Positions 1-9,533 of a stretch of 64,000 bases of DNA are shown here, in pieces; within the stretch, counting starts at the first letter, position 1; every line of letters starts with the position of its first letter. The stretch spans positions 9,352-73,351 of the forward strand of contig CAYMKL010000019.1 of NCBI GenBank assembly GCA_964390805.1, written 5' to 3'. The position numbers and the translations under genes were made by a program. This stretch comes from an uncultured Anaerolineae bacterium. Its GTDB lineage: Bacteria > Chloroflexota > Anaerolineae > VGOG01. Below the pieces are notes generated by a model, which did not search any database, was not told where the DNA came from, and saw only the letters and a list, made by a program, of their open reading frames with translations.

Positions 1-290
1 TGGAGGACAAAACCATGGTGGATGCCCTCCACCCCGCCGTGGAGGCCCTCAAGAAGGCCGTTGCCGATGGCAAGAGTACCGTGGAGGCCCTTCACCTGAT
101 GACGGATGCCGCCTACGAGGGGATGAAAGCCACTATCCCCATGCTGGCCAGGAAGGGCCGCGCCAGTTACGTGGGGGAGCGCAGCATTGGCCACCAGGAC
201 CCAGGGGCGACTTCTTCCTACTTGCTTCTGAAGACGTTGACCGAGACTGTCGAGGCCGAAGGCCAAACTTCGTTTGGCACATCAGCCTAG
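1..290 (+). CDS. dhaL: Dihydroxyacetone kinase ADP-binding subunit DhaL, 3' partial (starts upstream of window)
   Basis: C-terminal motif [23 protein letters not shown] is typical of DhaL/Dak2; ORF runs in frame from the window edge. Confidence 0.7.
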   Translation, partial: EDKTMVDALHPAVEALKKAVADGKSTVEALHLMTDAAYEGMKATIPMLARKGRASYVGERSIGHQDPGATSSYLLLKTLTETVEAEGQTSFGTSA

Positions 291-446
291 CTAGTCCGAG
301 TTGCCCTCTACATTGCGATACTGATAACAGAGCTTTTTGTGCTAGGGACTTCGAGAGGAGGTGATAAGAAAGAGAGAAGACACAAGACACACCATTCCGT
401 AACCAAAGTATCACAAAATAAACACAAGACAAAGGAGTAAGTGTAA

Positions 447-1958
447 ATGGGAAAGAAATACGCAGCAGCAGTAGACCAGGGTACGACCAGTACCCGCTTC
501 ATGATCTTTGACCACGCAGGGCAGGTGGCCGGCGTGGATCAGATGGAGCATGAGCAGATTTACCCGCAGGCTGGCTGGGTCGAGCACGATCCGATGGAAA
601 TCTGGGCCCGCACCCAGGACGTGGTCAAGGGCGGGTTGGAGAAGTCGGGAGTCAAGGCTGAGGAGATTTCGGCTATTGGCGTGACCAACCAGCGCGAGAC
701 CACCGTCGTGTGGGACAAGAACACCGGCAAGCCCTACTACAACGCCATCGTGTGGCAGTGCACCCGCACCAAGGACATCTGCGACGAGCTGGCCGAGATT
801 GGCGGCCAAGATATGTTCCGCCCCCAGGTCGGGTTGCCCTTGGCTACCTACTTCTCCGGCCCCAAGATCTCGTGGATCCTGGACAACGTGGCTGGCGTTC
901 GCGCAGCGGCCGATAAGGGCGATGCCATCTTCGGCAACATTGACACCTTCGAGATCTGGTGGCTGACCGGCGGCCCCAACGGTGGTGCGCACGTCACCGA
1001 CGTCAGCAATGCCAGCCGCACCATGCTCATGAACCTGAAGACCCTGGACTGGGATGAGGAGATCCTGGACATCATGCGGATTCCGCGCCAGATGTTGCCG
1101 GAGGTCCGCCCCTCGAGCGATCCCAACGTCTGGGGCTACACGCCCGCGGATGGCCCGTTTGGTGCAGCCATCCCGGTGTGCGGTGACCTGGGCGACCAGC
1201 AGGCCGCTCTCGTAGGCCAGACCTGCTACAGCCCTGGTGAGGCCAAGAACACCTACGGCACCGGCTGCTTCATGTTGCTGAACACCGGTACCAAGCCCGT
1301 GCCCAGCGAGAGTGGCCTGCTGACCACGTTGGGCTACAAGTTTGGCGACGCGCCAGCCGTGTACTGCCTGGAAGGCTCTATCGCCATCACCGGCGCGCTG
1401 GTGCAGTGGCTGCGAGACAACCTCAACTTCTTCGAGAAGTCGTCGGAAGTCGAAGCTCTGGCCAATACGGTTGAGGACAACGGCGGCATCTACTTCGTGC
1501 CCGCCTTCTCTGGCCTCTTCGCGCCCTACTGGAAGAGCGACGCCCGAGGCGTGGTCGTCGGCTTGACCCGCTTCGTCAACAAGGGCCACTTCGCCCGCGC
1601 CGCGCTGGAGGCCACCGCCTACCAGACCCGCGAGGTGCTGGACGCGATGAACATCGACTCCGGCGTGGACCTCACGGCCCTCAAGGTGGACGGCGGCATG
1701 GTCTTCAACGAGACCCTGATGCAGTTCCAGGCCGACATCCTGGGCGTGCCCGTCATTCGCCCGACGGTGGCCGAGACCACCGCGCTGGGTGCGTCCTACG
1801 CCGCTGGTCTGGCCGTCGGCTTCTGGAACAACACCGACGAGCTGCGCGAGAACTGGGGTGTGGACAAGACCTGGGAGCCCAAGATGGACGCGGACACCCG
1901 CGCCAAGCTCCACGAAGGGTGGCTCAAGGCCGTCACCCGCACCTTCGATTGGGTGTAG
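447..1958 (+). CDS. glpK: Glycerol kinase
   Basis: 503 aa; N-terminus [24 protein letters not shown]-type sugar kinase motifs, full-length similarity to GlpK. Confidence 0.95.
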   Translation: MGKKYAAAVDQGTTSTRFMIFDHAGQVAGVDQMEHEQIYPQAGWVEHDPMEIWARTQDVVKGGLEKSGVKAEEISAIGVTNQRETTVVWDKNTGKPYYNAIVWQCTRTKDICDELAEIGGQDMFRPQVGLPLATYFSGPKISWILDNVAGVRAAADKGDAIFGNIDTFEIWWLTGGPNGGAHVTDVSNASRTMLMNLKTLDWDEEILDIMRIPRQMLPEVRPSSDPNVWGYTPADGPFGAAIPVCGDLGDQQAALVGQTCYSPGEAKNTYGTGCFMLLNTGTKPVPSESGLLTTLGYKFGDAPAVYCLEGSIAITGALVQWLRDNLNFFEKSSEVEALANTVEDNGGIYFVPAFSGLFAPYWKSDARGVVVGLTRFVNKGHFARAALEATAYQTREVLDAMNIDSGVDLTALKVDGGMVFNETLMQFQADILGVPVIRPTVAETTALGASYAAGLAVGFWNNTDELRENWGVDKTWEPKMDADTRAKLHEGWLKAVTRTFDWV

Positions 1959-1989
1959 TAGGAACGCCTACGCCTGAGCATGTTCCCCA

Positions 1990-2160
1990 CTGACGAATAA
2001 GGGGAAAGGGGGGAATTGGGAGAGCAGCACAGCCTCCCAATTCCCCCTTTGCTGGATTGTAGGTGAGTGTTCACCTCCACCCCAACCCTCCCCCTGCAAA
2101 GGGAGAGGGCGTGAACGATTCCCCCCTCCCTCCCAGGGAGGGGATGGGGGAGGGTATGAA
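1990..2160. repeat. Cluster of GC-rich inverted repeats downstream of glpK (probable terminator/REP-like structure)
   Basis: ggggaattgggag...ctcccaattcccc 13-bp stem, followed by ccctcccc..gggagaggg and ccctccctcc..ggaggggatgggg palindromes. Confidence 0.4.
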
Positions 2161-2183
2161 TACGAACAAGGGCAGGGAGAAAA

Positions 2184-2975
2184 GTGCATATCATAGTTTG
2201 CCTTAAACAGATCATTGACCCAGAAATCGCCCCTAGCGAGTTCCAGATTGACCTGGTCCGCAAGGAGCAAATTCGGGGGAAGCACGCTCTGGTTATCAGT
2301 ATCTTTGACGAGAACGCCCTCGAGGTAGCCGTGCAGGTCAAGGAGAAAACGGGCGGAAAGGTGACGGCTGTGACCATCGCTGGCGAGGAAGGAGGCGAAG
2401 CCCTACATTCAGCCCTGGCTATTGGGGCGGACGAAACTGTTCTCCTGTCCGATCCCGCCTTCTCTGACCTAGACTCCTTTGGGAAAGCTCGCGTCCTGGC
2501 AGCAGCCCTGCGAAAGCTCGGCGAGTTCGATGCGGTGCTTTGCGGCAGGCAGGCGGGGGATGTAGAGCTGGGTGTCACCGGGCCGTTCCTGGCGGAAGAG
2601 CTCGGTCTTCCCAGTATCGCTTTGGTGGCCAACATTGAGCCCGATAGTGATAAGGTACGCCTGAGACGACCAGTGGAGAGTGGGTGCGAAATCCTGGAAG
2701 CTCCTGTGCCTTTCCTGGCTACTGTTACCAACGATGAAAGCAACGTGCCGCGCCTCCCCACTGTCAGGGCCATCAGGAAAGCGGTGAGGACACCGGTTCC
2801 TGTGTGGACGGCTGAGGATATCGGGATGGAGGCCGAGCCGGAGGCAGCCAAAATCGAGCTACACGAGCTATTCATCCCAAAGCGAGAGGTGCGATGCGAA
2901 TTCATTGAGGGTGAGTCCGGTCCGGAGAAGGGGGAAGGCTTGGCTCTGCGGCTTAGGGAACTGACGCTCATCTAG
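2184..2975 (+). CDS. etfB: Electron transfer flavoprotein beta subunit (EtfB/FixA-like); GTG start
   Basis: 263 aa; MHIIVCLKQIIDPEI N-terminus typical of EtfB; AGGGAGA RBS. Confidence 0.9.
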   Translation: MHIIVCLKQIIDPEIAPSEFQIDLVRKEQIRGKHALVISIFDENALEVAVQVKEKTGGKVTAVTIAGEEGGEALHSALAIGADETVLLSDPAFSDLDSFGKARVLAAALRKLGEFDAVLCGRQAGDVELGVTGPFLAEELGLPSIALVANIEPDSDKVRLRRPVESGCEILEAPVPFLATVTNDESNVPRLPTVRAIRKAVRTPVPVWTAEDIGMEAEPEAAKIELHELFIPKREVRCEFIEGESGPEKGEGLALRLRELTLI

Positions 2976-3044
2976 TTGGAGATTAGAGATTGAGGGTTGG
3001 AGGTTGGTCTTCTAACTTCCAACATCCAACTTCTAACTTCTAAC

Positions 3045-3165
3045 GTGACTACTCAGCCTACCCTCCCGCAGGTTGCTCTTGGCGGTCTGGGTATCCGAGC
3101 ATTTGCCTGCAGTGAGCGTTTTGCCCTATACTGCCAACCAAACCTGCGGGAGGGTGAGTAGTCAC
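3045..3165. mobile_element. MITE/REP-like palindromic intergenic element, copy 1 (about 121 bp)
   Basis: Terminal inverted repeats gtgactactca..ccctcccgcaggtt / aacctgcgggagggtgagtagtcac; flanked by direct repeats cttctaacttctaa on both sides; a near-identical second copy lies at 36242-36361. Confidence 0.5.
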
Positions 3166-3188
3166 CTTCTAACTTCTAAGGAGATAGG

Positions 3189-4181
3189 ATGACAGGGATA
3201 TTGGTATTTTCTTTGGCCTCGGCTGAGGGGCTTCCTGGCTCAAGCCTGGAGCTTGTGGCGGCGGCTGGACAGTTGAGGGAGAAGTTGGGGGATGGGATCG
3301 TCCAGGTCACGCTCTTGGGGCCAGATGCGGAAAGCTACGCCGAGACGCTGATCCACCACGGGGCTGATGAGGTCTTCGTTGCCAGCAGCCCCGAGTTGCA
3401 AGGCTATAGGACAGAGCCCATACTGGCGGCGTTAGAAGCAGCTATCAGGCAGGTATCTCCTGGTGTGATCCTCTTCCCAACCGATACGGTAGGAGGGGTA
3501 GTCGCTCCCCAGCTCGCCTACCGGCTAGGGGCTGGGATCGTCACCGATTGCGTGGGGTTTGAGGTGGATGCCGAGTCTGGGCAAATCCGCTGGCTTCGCC
3601 CTGTGTACGGCGGCAAGGCTATGGCCTACATGGTGGCTAAAGGCCCGGTGCAGATAGCGACGTTTCGGCAGCGGGCGTTTGAGCCTTTGCCAGAAGATAC
3701 TTCACGCCAGGGGAAGATACAGGCTTTGGACCTTGAACTGGAGCCGGCCATGGCTCGAGTGTCGCTGGTGGAGGAGGTGCGGGAGGAAGTCGAGGGGATC
3801 AGCCTGGACGAGGCCGAGGTCGTTATCGGGGGGGGGAGGGGCATTGGAAATCTGGAGGCGTTCTCTGAGTTGGAGACTCTGGCGGAGATCCTGCAAGGCG
3901 CCGTGGGAGTTTCGCGCCCCCCTGCGGATTCGGGCTGGGTAGCCCACGGTAAGCTCATCGGCCAGACGGGGAAGATCGTGAGCCCCAACCTGTACATCGC
4001 CATCGGCATCTCCGGCGCTCCTCAGCACATGGCGGGCATCTCTGCGGCCAAGACCATCGTGGCCATCAACAAGGACGAGGATGCACCTATCTTTAAGGTA
4101 GCCCACCTGGGCGTGGTGGATGACTGGCGACAGGTCGTGCCGGCGCTGATCCGGGCCTGTCGCGAGTTGGTGGGTGAATGA
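3189..4181 (+). CDS. etfA: Electron transfer flavoprotein alpha subunit (EtfA/FixB-like)
   Basis: 330 aa; C-terminal FAD-binding motif GISGAPQHMAGISAAKTIVAINKDEDAPIF; AAGGAG RBS. Confidence 0.9.
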   Translation: MTGILVFSLASAEGLPGSSLELVAAAGQLREKLGDGIVQVTLLGPDAESYAETLIHHGADEVFVASSPELQGYRTEPILAALEAAIRQVSPGVILFPTDTVGGVVAPQLAYRLGAGIVTDCVGFEVDAESGQIRWLRPVYGGKAMAYMVAKGPVQIATFRQRAFEPLPEDTSRQGKIQALDLELEPAMARVSLVEEVREEVEGISLDEAEVVIGGGRGIGNLEAFSELETLAEILQGAVGVSRPPADSGWVAHGKLIGQTGKIVSPNLYIAIGISGAPQHMAGISAAKTIVAINKDEDAPIFKVAHLGVVDDWRQVVPALIRACRELVGE

Positions 4182-4203
4182 ACAAACAGACAGGAGGAAA
4201 ACG

Positions 4204-5370
4204 ATGAACCTGGAGACACAAGTGGTGGTGATCGGCGGAGGAGCGACCGGCACGGCTGTGCTGCGCGACCTGACGATGCGGGGCTTCAAAGCCATGCTGT
4301 TCGAGCGGGGCAACCTCTCCGAAGGCACAACGGGCAACTTCCACGGCCTGCTACACAGCGGTGGTCGCTACGCGGTGAAAGACAAGCCCGCGGCGGTGGA
4401 GTGCATTGAAGAGAACGAGATCCTGCGTCGCATCGTCCCGCAGGCGATTGAGGACACAGGTGGGTTCTTCATCACTCTCGATGACGACGACGAGGCATTT
4501 CTACCCATTTTCCTGGACGGCTGCGCTGAGGTGGGCATCCCGACCGAGGTGATCTCTGGCGAAGAGGCTCGCCGCCTGGAGCCAGCCCTTTCGCCTGAGG
4601 TGCGGCAAGCGGCAACCGTGCCCGACGGTAGCATTGATGGCTGGGACCTGTGCACAGGCGCTGTGGCTTCGGCCAAAGAGTACGGCGCGCGAACCTTCCT
4701 CTATACCCCAGTGGTGGACATCCTGCGCGAGGGCGACCGGGTGGTTGGCCTAAAGGCGGTAGACCATAGCACCGGCGACGAGTACATCGTGCACGCCGAT
4801 TACGTGGTTAGCGCCACCGGCCCCTGGGCGGGCAAGGTGGCGAGGCTGGCTGGCATTGAGGTCCCAATGGTCCCTAACAAGGGCACCATGGTCGTCCTGG
4901 ATAGCCGCCCCGTGAAGCGGGTCATTAACCGCTGTCGCAAGCCTGCCAATGGCGACATCATCGTCCCCGTGGGTACCACTATCGTGCTCGGCACTACCTC
5001 CGTGGATATCGAGGACCCCGACGAGTACTCCATCGAGGAATGGGAAGTGGACCTGATGCTGGATGAAGGTATCAAGATGGTGCCTATGATTGAGGACATG
5101 CGCCTACAACGTAGCTTCGTTGCCGTGCGTCCCCTGTACGAGCCTCCTACAGAGGCAGAGGAGGAAGCAGAGGAAGGAAGGGAAGTCAGCCGGGCGTTCT
5201 ACGTCCTCGACCACGAGCAACTGGACGGTGTGGGTGGTTTCATCACCATCACCGGCGGCAAGCTGACTACCTGCCGCTTGATGGCCGAGAAGGTAGTTGA
5301 TCTGGTCTGTGCCAAGGCGGGGATTGACGCGCCCTGCCGCACCCCCCTGGAGCCACTGCCCACAGGGTAG
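4204..5370 (+). CDS. glpA: Anaerobic glycerol-3-phosphate dehydrogenase subunit A, short form lacking the C-terminal BFD-like domain
   Basis: Collinear with E. coli GlpA: VIGGGATG, GLLHSGGRYAV, INRCRKP, GFITITGGKLTTCRLMAE; GGAGG RBS 8 nt upstream of ATG 4204. Confidence 0.85.
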   Translation: MNLETQVVVIGGGATGTAVLRDLTMRGFKAMLFERGNLSEGTTGNFHGLLHSGGRYAVKDKPAAVECIEENEILRRIVPQAIEDTGGFFITLDDDDEAFLPIFLDGCAEVGIPTEVISGEEARRLEPALSPEVRQAATVPDGSIDGWDLCTGAVASAKEYGARTFLYTPVVDILREGDRVVGLKAVDHSTGDEYIVHADYVVSATGPWAGKVARLAGIEVPMVPNKGTMVVLDSRPVKRVINRCRKPANGDIIVPVGTTIVLGTTSVDIEDPDEYSIEEWEVDLMLDEGIKMVPMIEDMRLQRSFVAVRPLYEPPTEAEEEAEEGREVSRAFYVLDHEQLDGVGGFITITGGKLTTCRLMAEKVVDLVCAKAGIDAPCRTPLEPLPTG

Positions 5371-5384
5371 CTATACCGTTTGGG

Positions 5385-5475
5385 TAGCTGTTCAGCCTAT
5401 GCTCCCGCAGCTTGCTCTTGTCGGTCTGGAAGTTCGACCATTTGCCCGGAATCTGCATCATTGGCGCGGAGGGCC
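5385..5475. repeat. Degenerate copy of the MITE/REP-like element
   Basis: cagcctatgctcccgcagcttgctcttgtcggtctgg... aligns with the interior of copy 1 (cagcctaccctcccgcaggttgctcttggcggtctgg); right arm ggcgcggagggc. Confidence 0.35.
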
Positions 5476-5523
5476 GCTTCACGCTAACTTTGTGGCCCTC
5501 TGTGCACAGATTGGGAAGTGATA

Positions 5524-7035
5524 ATGATGAATGAAATGTACGACGTGATCATCATCGGGGCTGGCGTGGTAGGATGTATGATCGCCCGCTTTCTCTCTCG
5601 ATACGAGCTCGACGTTTTGTTGATCGAGAAGGAAGCGGACGTTGGCATGGGGGCCAGTTCGGCCAACACAGCCATTGTCCATGCCGGTTACGACCCAGTA
5701 CCAGGCAGTCTCAAAGCCGTGATGAACGTTGCCGGTAACAAGATGTGGGACACGCTGGCTGGTGAGTTGGATTTTCCATTTGAACGCCGAGGTGACTACG
5801 TCGTAGCTATCGGCGAGGAGGAGCTGCCCAAGCTGGACGAGCTGTGGGAGGCTGGGGTGAAGAACGGCGTACCTGGGATGCGGATGATCTCCGGCGATGA
5901 GGTTCGCCGCCGCGAGCCCAACATCAACCCCGATGTCAGCGGCGCGCTGTGGGCCTCTACAGGCGGGATTTGCGATCCCTTTGCCGTGGTTGTCGCAGCG
6001 GCCGAGAACGCGGTGATGAACGGTGTGACCCTGATGCTGGAGACTGCCTTCGAGGACTTTGCGATTGAGGGCAACGGATCTTCGGCAAGCTCAGGACGGC
6101 GCATCGTGGGCGTGAAGACGAACCGTGGCACCTTTGGCTGTCGCTGGGCCGTCAACAGTGCGGGGCTGTACTCCGACGTGGTGATGCATAAGGCTGGCCT
6201 GCGCCCTGAGTTTAAGATCACCCCACGCAGGGGCGAGTACTACATCTTCGACCGAGCCGAAATCACCGTTAATAACGTTCTGTTCCCGGTGCCTACACCT
6301 GTCAGCAAAGGCATCCTGGTCACGACTACCGTCCATGGCAACACCATCATCGGGCCCAATGCCCAGAATATCGAGGATAAGGAAGACCGCGCGGTGACCC
6401 GCGATGGCTTGGATGAAGTCTCGCAGGGGGCGCTCAAGTTGGTGCCCAAGCTGCACCTGCGGCATGCGATTGCCGTCTTCGCCGGGTTGCGCCCCGGTGG
6501 CAATGCGCCTTGCAAGACCCCCGGGGTGAACTATACGGGCGACTTCATTATCGAGATACCAGAGGAGGTGCTTGGCTTCGTCAACCTGGGCGGCATCGAG
6601 TCACCGGGCCTGGTTTCCTCGCCGGCCATCGCCCAGCGAGTAGTGGAGATGCTCAAGGACGCTGGGGAGAAGCTGGAGGGAAAGCGGGACTGGGATCCCA
6701 TCCGCCCGGCGAGACCTCGTTTCCGTGATATGTCCCCCGAGGAGCAGAAAATCCTGATCCGTAACGACCCCCGCTACGGACGCATCGTCTGCCGCTGTGA
6801 GAGTGTGACTGAGGGGGAAATCGTGGCCGAGATACACGCCCCGATTCCAGCCCGCAACTACGACGCCATTAAGCGCCGCACCTGGTTGGGCACTGGACGC
6901 TGCCAGGGAGGCTTCGATACTCCGCGCGTGGTGGAGATCCTGGCCCGCGAGTTGGGCGTCTCACCGCTCGAGGTGACTAAGAAGGGGCCCGGCTCAGAGT
7001 TCCTCTTCCGACCCACCAAGGACGTGGAGGGGTAG
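5524..7035 (+). CDS. FAD-dependent oxidoreductase, GlpA-like glycerol-3-phosphate dehydrogenase with C-terminal BFD-like [2Fe-2S] domain
   Basis: DVIIIGAGVVGCMIA Rossmann motif; C-terminal CRCESVTEGEIVAEIH...GRCQGGF BFD-like Cys cluster; GGAAG RBS before ATG 5524 (ORF track starts at GTG 5518). Confidence 0.8.
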   Translation: MMNEMYDVIIIGAGVVGCMIARFLSRYELDVLLIEKEADVGMGASSANTAIVHAGYDPVPGSLKAVMNVAGNKMWDTLAGELDFPFERRGDYVVAIGEEELPKLDELWEAGVKNGVPGMRMISGDEVRRREPNINPDVSGALWASTGGICDPFAVVVAAAENAVMNGVTLMLETAFEDFAIEGNGSSASSGRRIVGVKTNRGTFGCRWAVNSAGLYSDVVMHKAGLRPEFKITPRRGEYYIFDRAEITVNNVLFPVPTPVSKGILVTTTVHGNTIIGPNAQNIEDKEDRAVTRDGLDEVSQGALKLVPKLHLRHAIAVFAGLRPGGNAPCKTPGVNYTGDFIIEIPEEVLGFVNLGGIESPGLVSSPAIAQRVVEMLKDAGEKLEGKRDWDPIRPARPRFRDMSPEEQKILIRNDPRYGRIVCRCESVTEGEIVAEIHAPIPARNYDAIKRRTWLGTGRCQGGFDTPRVVEILARELGVSPLEVTKKGPGSEFLFRPTKDVEG

Positions 7036-7037
7036 AG

Positions 7038-8312
7038 ATGTTGAAGCAGAAATACGACGTGATAGTCATCGGCAGCGGCCCGGCAGGTCTGGCCGCAGCC
7101 ATCGAAGCAAAGAAGACGGGCGCTGAAGATGTGTTGATCATAGAACGGGCGAAGGAACTGGGCGGCATCCTTCAGCAGTGCATACACAACGGGTTCGGGT
7201 TGGAGATTCTCAAAGAAGACCTTCCTGGCCCTGCCTATGCCCAACGTTACATTGATGAGGTCGAACAACTGGGTGTGGAGACCCTTCTCGACGCCATGGT
7301 GCTGGACGTTTCCCCCAACCGACACGTCTATGCCATCAGCAAGTGGTCGGGGTTTGCAGAACTGGACGCGCGAGCCATCGTGTTGGCCATGGGCTGTCGC
7401 GAGCGCACCCGCGCTCAGATTCGCCTCCCCGGCACCCGGCCAGCAGGCGTGTACACGGCTGGCACCGCTCAGCGCTTCGTGAACATCGAGGGCTACATGC
7501 CCGGCAGTCGCTTCGTCATCCTGGGCTCCGGCGACATCGGGATGATCATGGCCCGCCGCCTGACCTTTGAGGGAGCCAAAGTGGAGCGCGTGCTGGAGAT
7601 CATGCCCTTCCTCACTGGGCTGACGCGCAATTACGTGCAGTGCCTGCTCGACTTTGACATCCCCCTACAACTGCGCCACACTGTCAGCCGCATCCTGGGC
7701 AACAGTCGCGTGGAGGCGGTGGAGGCGGTTCAGGTAGATGACGATTGGCAGCCCATCCCTGGCACGGAGGAGATCATCCCCTGCGATACACTGCTCCTTT
7801 CCGTGGGCCTGATTCCGGAGAACGAGCTTTCCCGCCAGGCGGGGGTGGTCCTGGATCCGGTGACGGGCGGGCCCTTCGTGGATGAGGGCATGCAGACCAA
7901 TGTGCCGGGCATCTTCGCCGCCGGCAACGTCGTTCATGTGTACGATCTGGTGGACTGGGTGACCGAGGCCGGTTTCGTGGCCGGGCGCAGCGCCGCCGAG
8001 TTCGCCATCGCCGAGCGAAAGCGTTTTGCTCACCAAGTCAAGCTACAACCAGGAGACAACATCCGCTACATCGTGCCGCACGTGATGGACAAGGAGAGCC
8101 TGGCGGAGTCGGATCAGCGGCTGCAGATGCGCGTAATCCAGCCCATTGAGGAAAAAGTGTGGGTGGAGGTGCTGGATGGCGAAGACCGGGTGACCCGCAA
8201 AGGAGAGCGCTACGTCCGTCCGGGAGAGATGGTCACTGTGAAGATTCCGCAGAAGGCCTACGATGCAGTGCAGAGGGCCGATACCCTCATCGTGCGAGTG
8301 GTGAGGCGTTGA
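7038..8312 (+). CDS. NAD(P)/FAD-dependent pyridine nucleotide-disulfide family oxidoreductase (partner of the GlpA-like enzyme)
   Basis: DVIVIGSGPAGLAAA and second Rossmann motif VILGSGDIGMIMA; conserved gene trio with the upstream FAD oxidoreductase and downstream DUF1667 gene. Confidence 0.8.
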   Translation: MLKQKYDVIVIGSGPAGLAAAIEAKKTGAEDVLIIERAKELGGILQQCIHNGFGLEILKEDLPGPAYAQRYIDEVEQLGVETLLDAMVLDVSPNRHVYAISKWSGFAELDARAIVLAMGCRERTRAQIRLPGTRPAGVYTAGTAQRFVNIEGYMPGSRFVILGSGDIGMIMARRLTFEGAKVERVLEIMPFLTGLTRNYVQCLLDFDIPLQLRHTVSRILGNSRVEAVEAVQVDDDWQPIPGTEEIIPCDTLLLSVGLIPENELSRQAGVVLDPVTGGPFVDEGMQTNVPGIFAAGNVVHVYDLVDWVTEAGFVAGRSAAEFAIAERKRFAHQVKLQPGDNIRYIVPHVMDKESLAESDQRLQMRVIQPIEEKVWVEVLDGEDRVTRKGERYVRPGEMVTVKIPQKAYDAVQRADTLIVRVVRR

Positions 8313-8325
8313 AAGGGAATGTACC

Positions 8326-8697
8326 ATGGCTGAAGAAACCACGAAGATGATCTGCATCACCTGCCCCGTGGGCTGCGCACTGGAGGTCACCCACGAGGGG
8401 GAGACCATCATCGGTGTAAAAGGCGATACTTGTAAGAGAGGGATAGATTACGCCGAGTCTGAGCTCACGGATCCGCGGCGGATGGTCACCAGCACAGCAA
8501 AGGTGCGAGCCGGTGTGCACCCCCTGGTGCCTGTATACACTGCTGCTCCTATCCCGAAACCATTGATCTTTGACTTGTTGGCCGAGTTGCGCAAAGTGGA
8601 ACTACAGGCCCCCGTTGAGATGGGACAGGTCGTGTTGAAGAATGTCCTGGACACCGACATAGACGTACTGGCTAGTCGAAATCTGCCGGCTAAGTAG
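8326..8697 (+). CDS. DUF1667 domain protein (third member of the G3P-dehydrogenase-like trio)
   Basis: 123 aa; ICITCPVGCALEV...GDTCKRG Cys motif typical of DUF1667. Confidence 0.7.
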   Translation: MAEETTKMICITCPVGCALEVTHEGETIIGVKGDTCKRGIDYAESELTDPRRMVTSTAKVRAGVHPLVPVYTAAPIPKPLIFDLLAELRKVELQAPVEMGQVVLKNVLDTDIDVLASRNLPAK

Positions 8698-8748
8698 GGG
8701 AAGGAGCTGTGGGATGGAGGGAGGACTTCATAGACTCTGGATGGAACC

Positions 8749-9036
8749 ATGACCAAAAGCAAGAAACGACGCAAGAAAAGGCAGCCTTCCAAGCAGGGTC
8801 AACAAGCCACGCCCAGCGCCAAGGATCAGGAACAACGGATCCGTGCATTTGACCGGATTCCGCTCTGGGGTTGGGTCTTGGTCTTCCTCGTGCCTTTGAT
8901 CCTTAGCGAGTTCATGTTCTACCAGGCGGGCCGAACGGCCAGCATGGTCATCTTCCCGCTGGCCTGGATTGGCTTCTGGGCTGCCATGATGCAGCGGTCT
9001 GGGTGGTCGATCCTGAAGAAGCGGGAGGACAAGTGA
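8749..9036 (+). CDS. Small basic membrane protein, hypothetical
   Basis: 95 aa; Lys/Arg-rich N-terminus followed by two hydrophobic helices. Confidence 0.4.
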   Translation: MTKSKKRRKKRQPSKQGQQATPSAKDQEQRIRAFDRIPLWGWVLVFLVPLILSEFMFYQAGRTASMVIFPLAWIGFWAAMMQRSGWSILKKREDK

Positions 9037-9096
9037 TAGGCCAACTTCGTTGGCACGTCGCTTGTCGCTTCTTGTGTCAATGTGCCTCGAATCAAG

Positions 9097-9131
9097 GCTG
9101 GGAGTCAATGGCGCTCCCAGCTTTTGTGTTT
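9097..9131 (+). terminator. Rho-independent terminator candidate
   Basis: gctgggag-tcaatggcg-ctcccagc stem-loop followed by ttttgtgttt. Confidence 0.55.
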
Positions 9132-9150
9132 CATGGTGGAGAAGATGCGC

Positions 9151-9179
9151 TTGACTTCTCCGCCGATAGCGGGTAGAAT
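9151..9179 (+). promoter_or_regulatory. Sigma70-like promoter candidate for the phd/vapC operon
   Basis: TTGACT - 17 nt - TAGAAT about 45 nt upstream of the antitoxin start. Confidence 0.45.
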
Positions 9180-9221
9180 TGTATTGAGTAATGAATTGAT
9201 TGATGAACAGGGAGGTAGGAG

Positions 9222-9533
9222 ATGGAACGAGTGGTAAGTGCTACTGAGGCTCGCATCCGCTTTGGCGAGTTGATGCGGTGGGCCGTGGAGAGCCAGCAGC
9301 CCGTCGTTGTGGAGCGGGGTGGAAGACCCCACGTTGTCGTGCTCTCCGTGGCCCAATACGAACGGCTGAAGACAGACAGGCAGGGCGAGGGCTGGCGGGA
9401 GGCATTGGCGCAAGCCGCCCGCGTACGAGCCAGGATAGCGGCTCGGCTAGATGGTCAGCCCCTGCCGCCATCCGAGGAGATCATCCGCCAGATGCGGGAG
9501 GAGCGAGATGAGCAGCTTCTCGATTTGCATTGA
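9222..9533 (+). CDS. Phd/YefM-family antitoxin
   Basis: 103 aa; VSATEARIRFGELMRWAVESQQPVVVERGGRPHVVVLSVAQYERL typical Phd/YefM fold; overlaps the downstream toxin gene. Confidence 0.75.
   Translation: MERVVSATEARIRFGELMRWAVESQQPVVVERGGRPHVVVLSVAQYERLKTDRQGEGWREALAQAARVRARIAARLDGQPLPPSEEIIRQMREERDEQLLDLH

Noticed and set aside
411-1913. 500-aa minus-strand ORF fully overlapping glpK
   Set aside because: Antisense shadow ORF of a GC-rich gene; low-complexity Gly/Ala/Arg-rich translation with no recognisable domain, while the plus-strand product is an unambiguous glycerol kinase.
1796-2971. 391-aa minus-strand ORF overlapping etfB
   Set aside because: Ser/Arg-rich low-complexity translation antisense to a clear EtfB gene; typical high-GC artefact.
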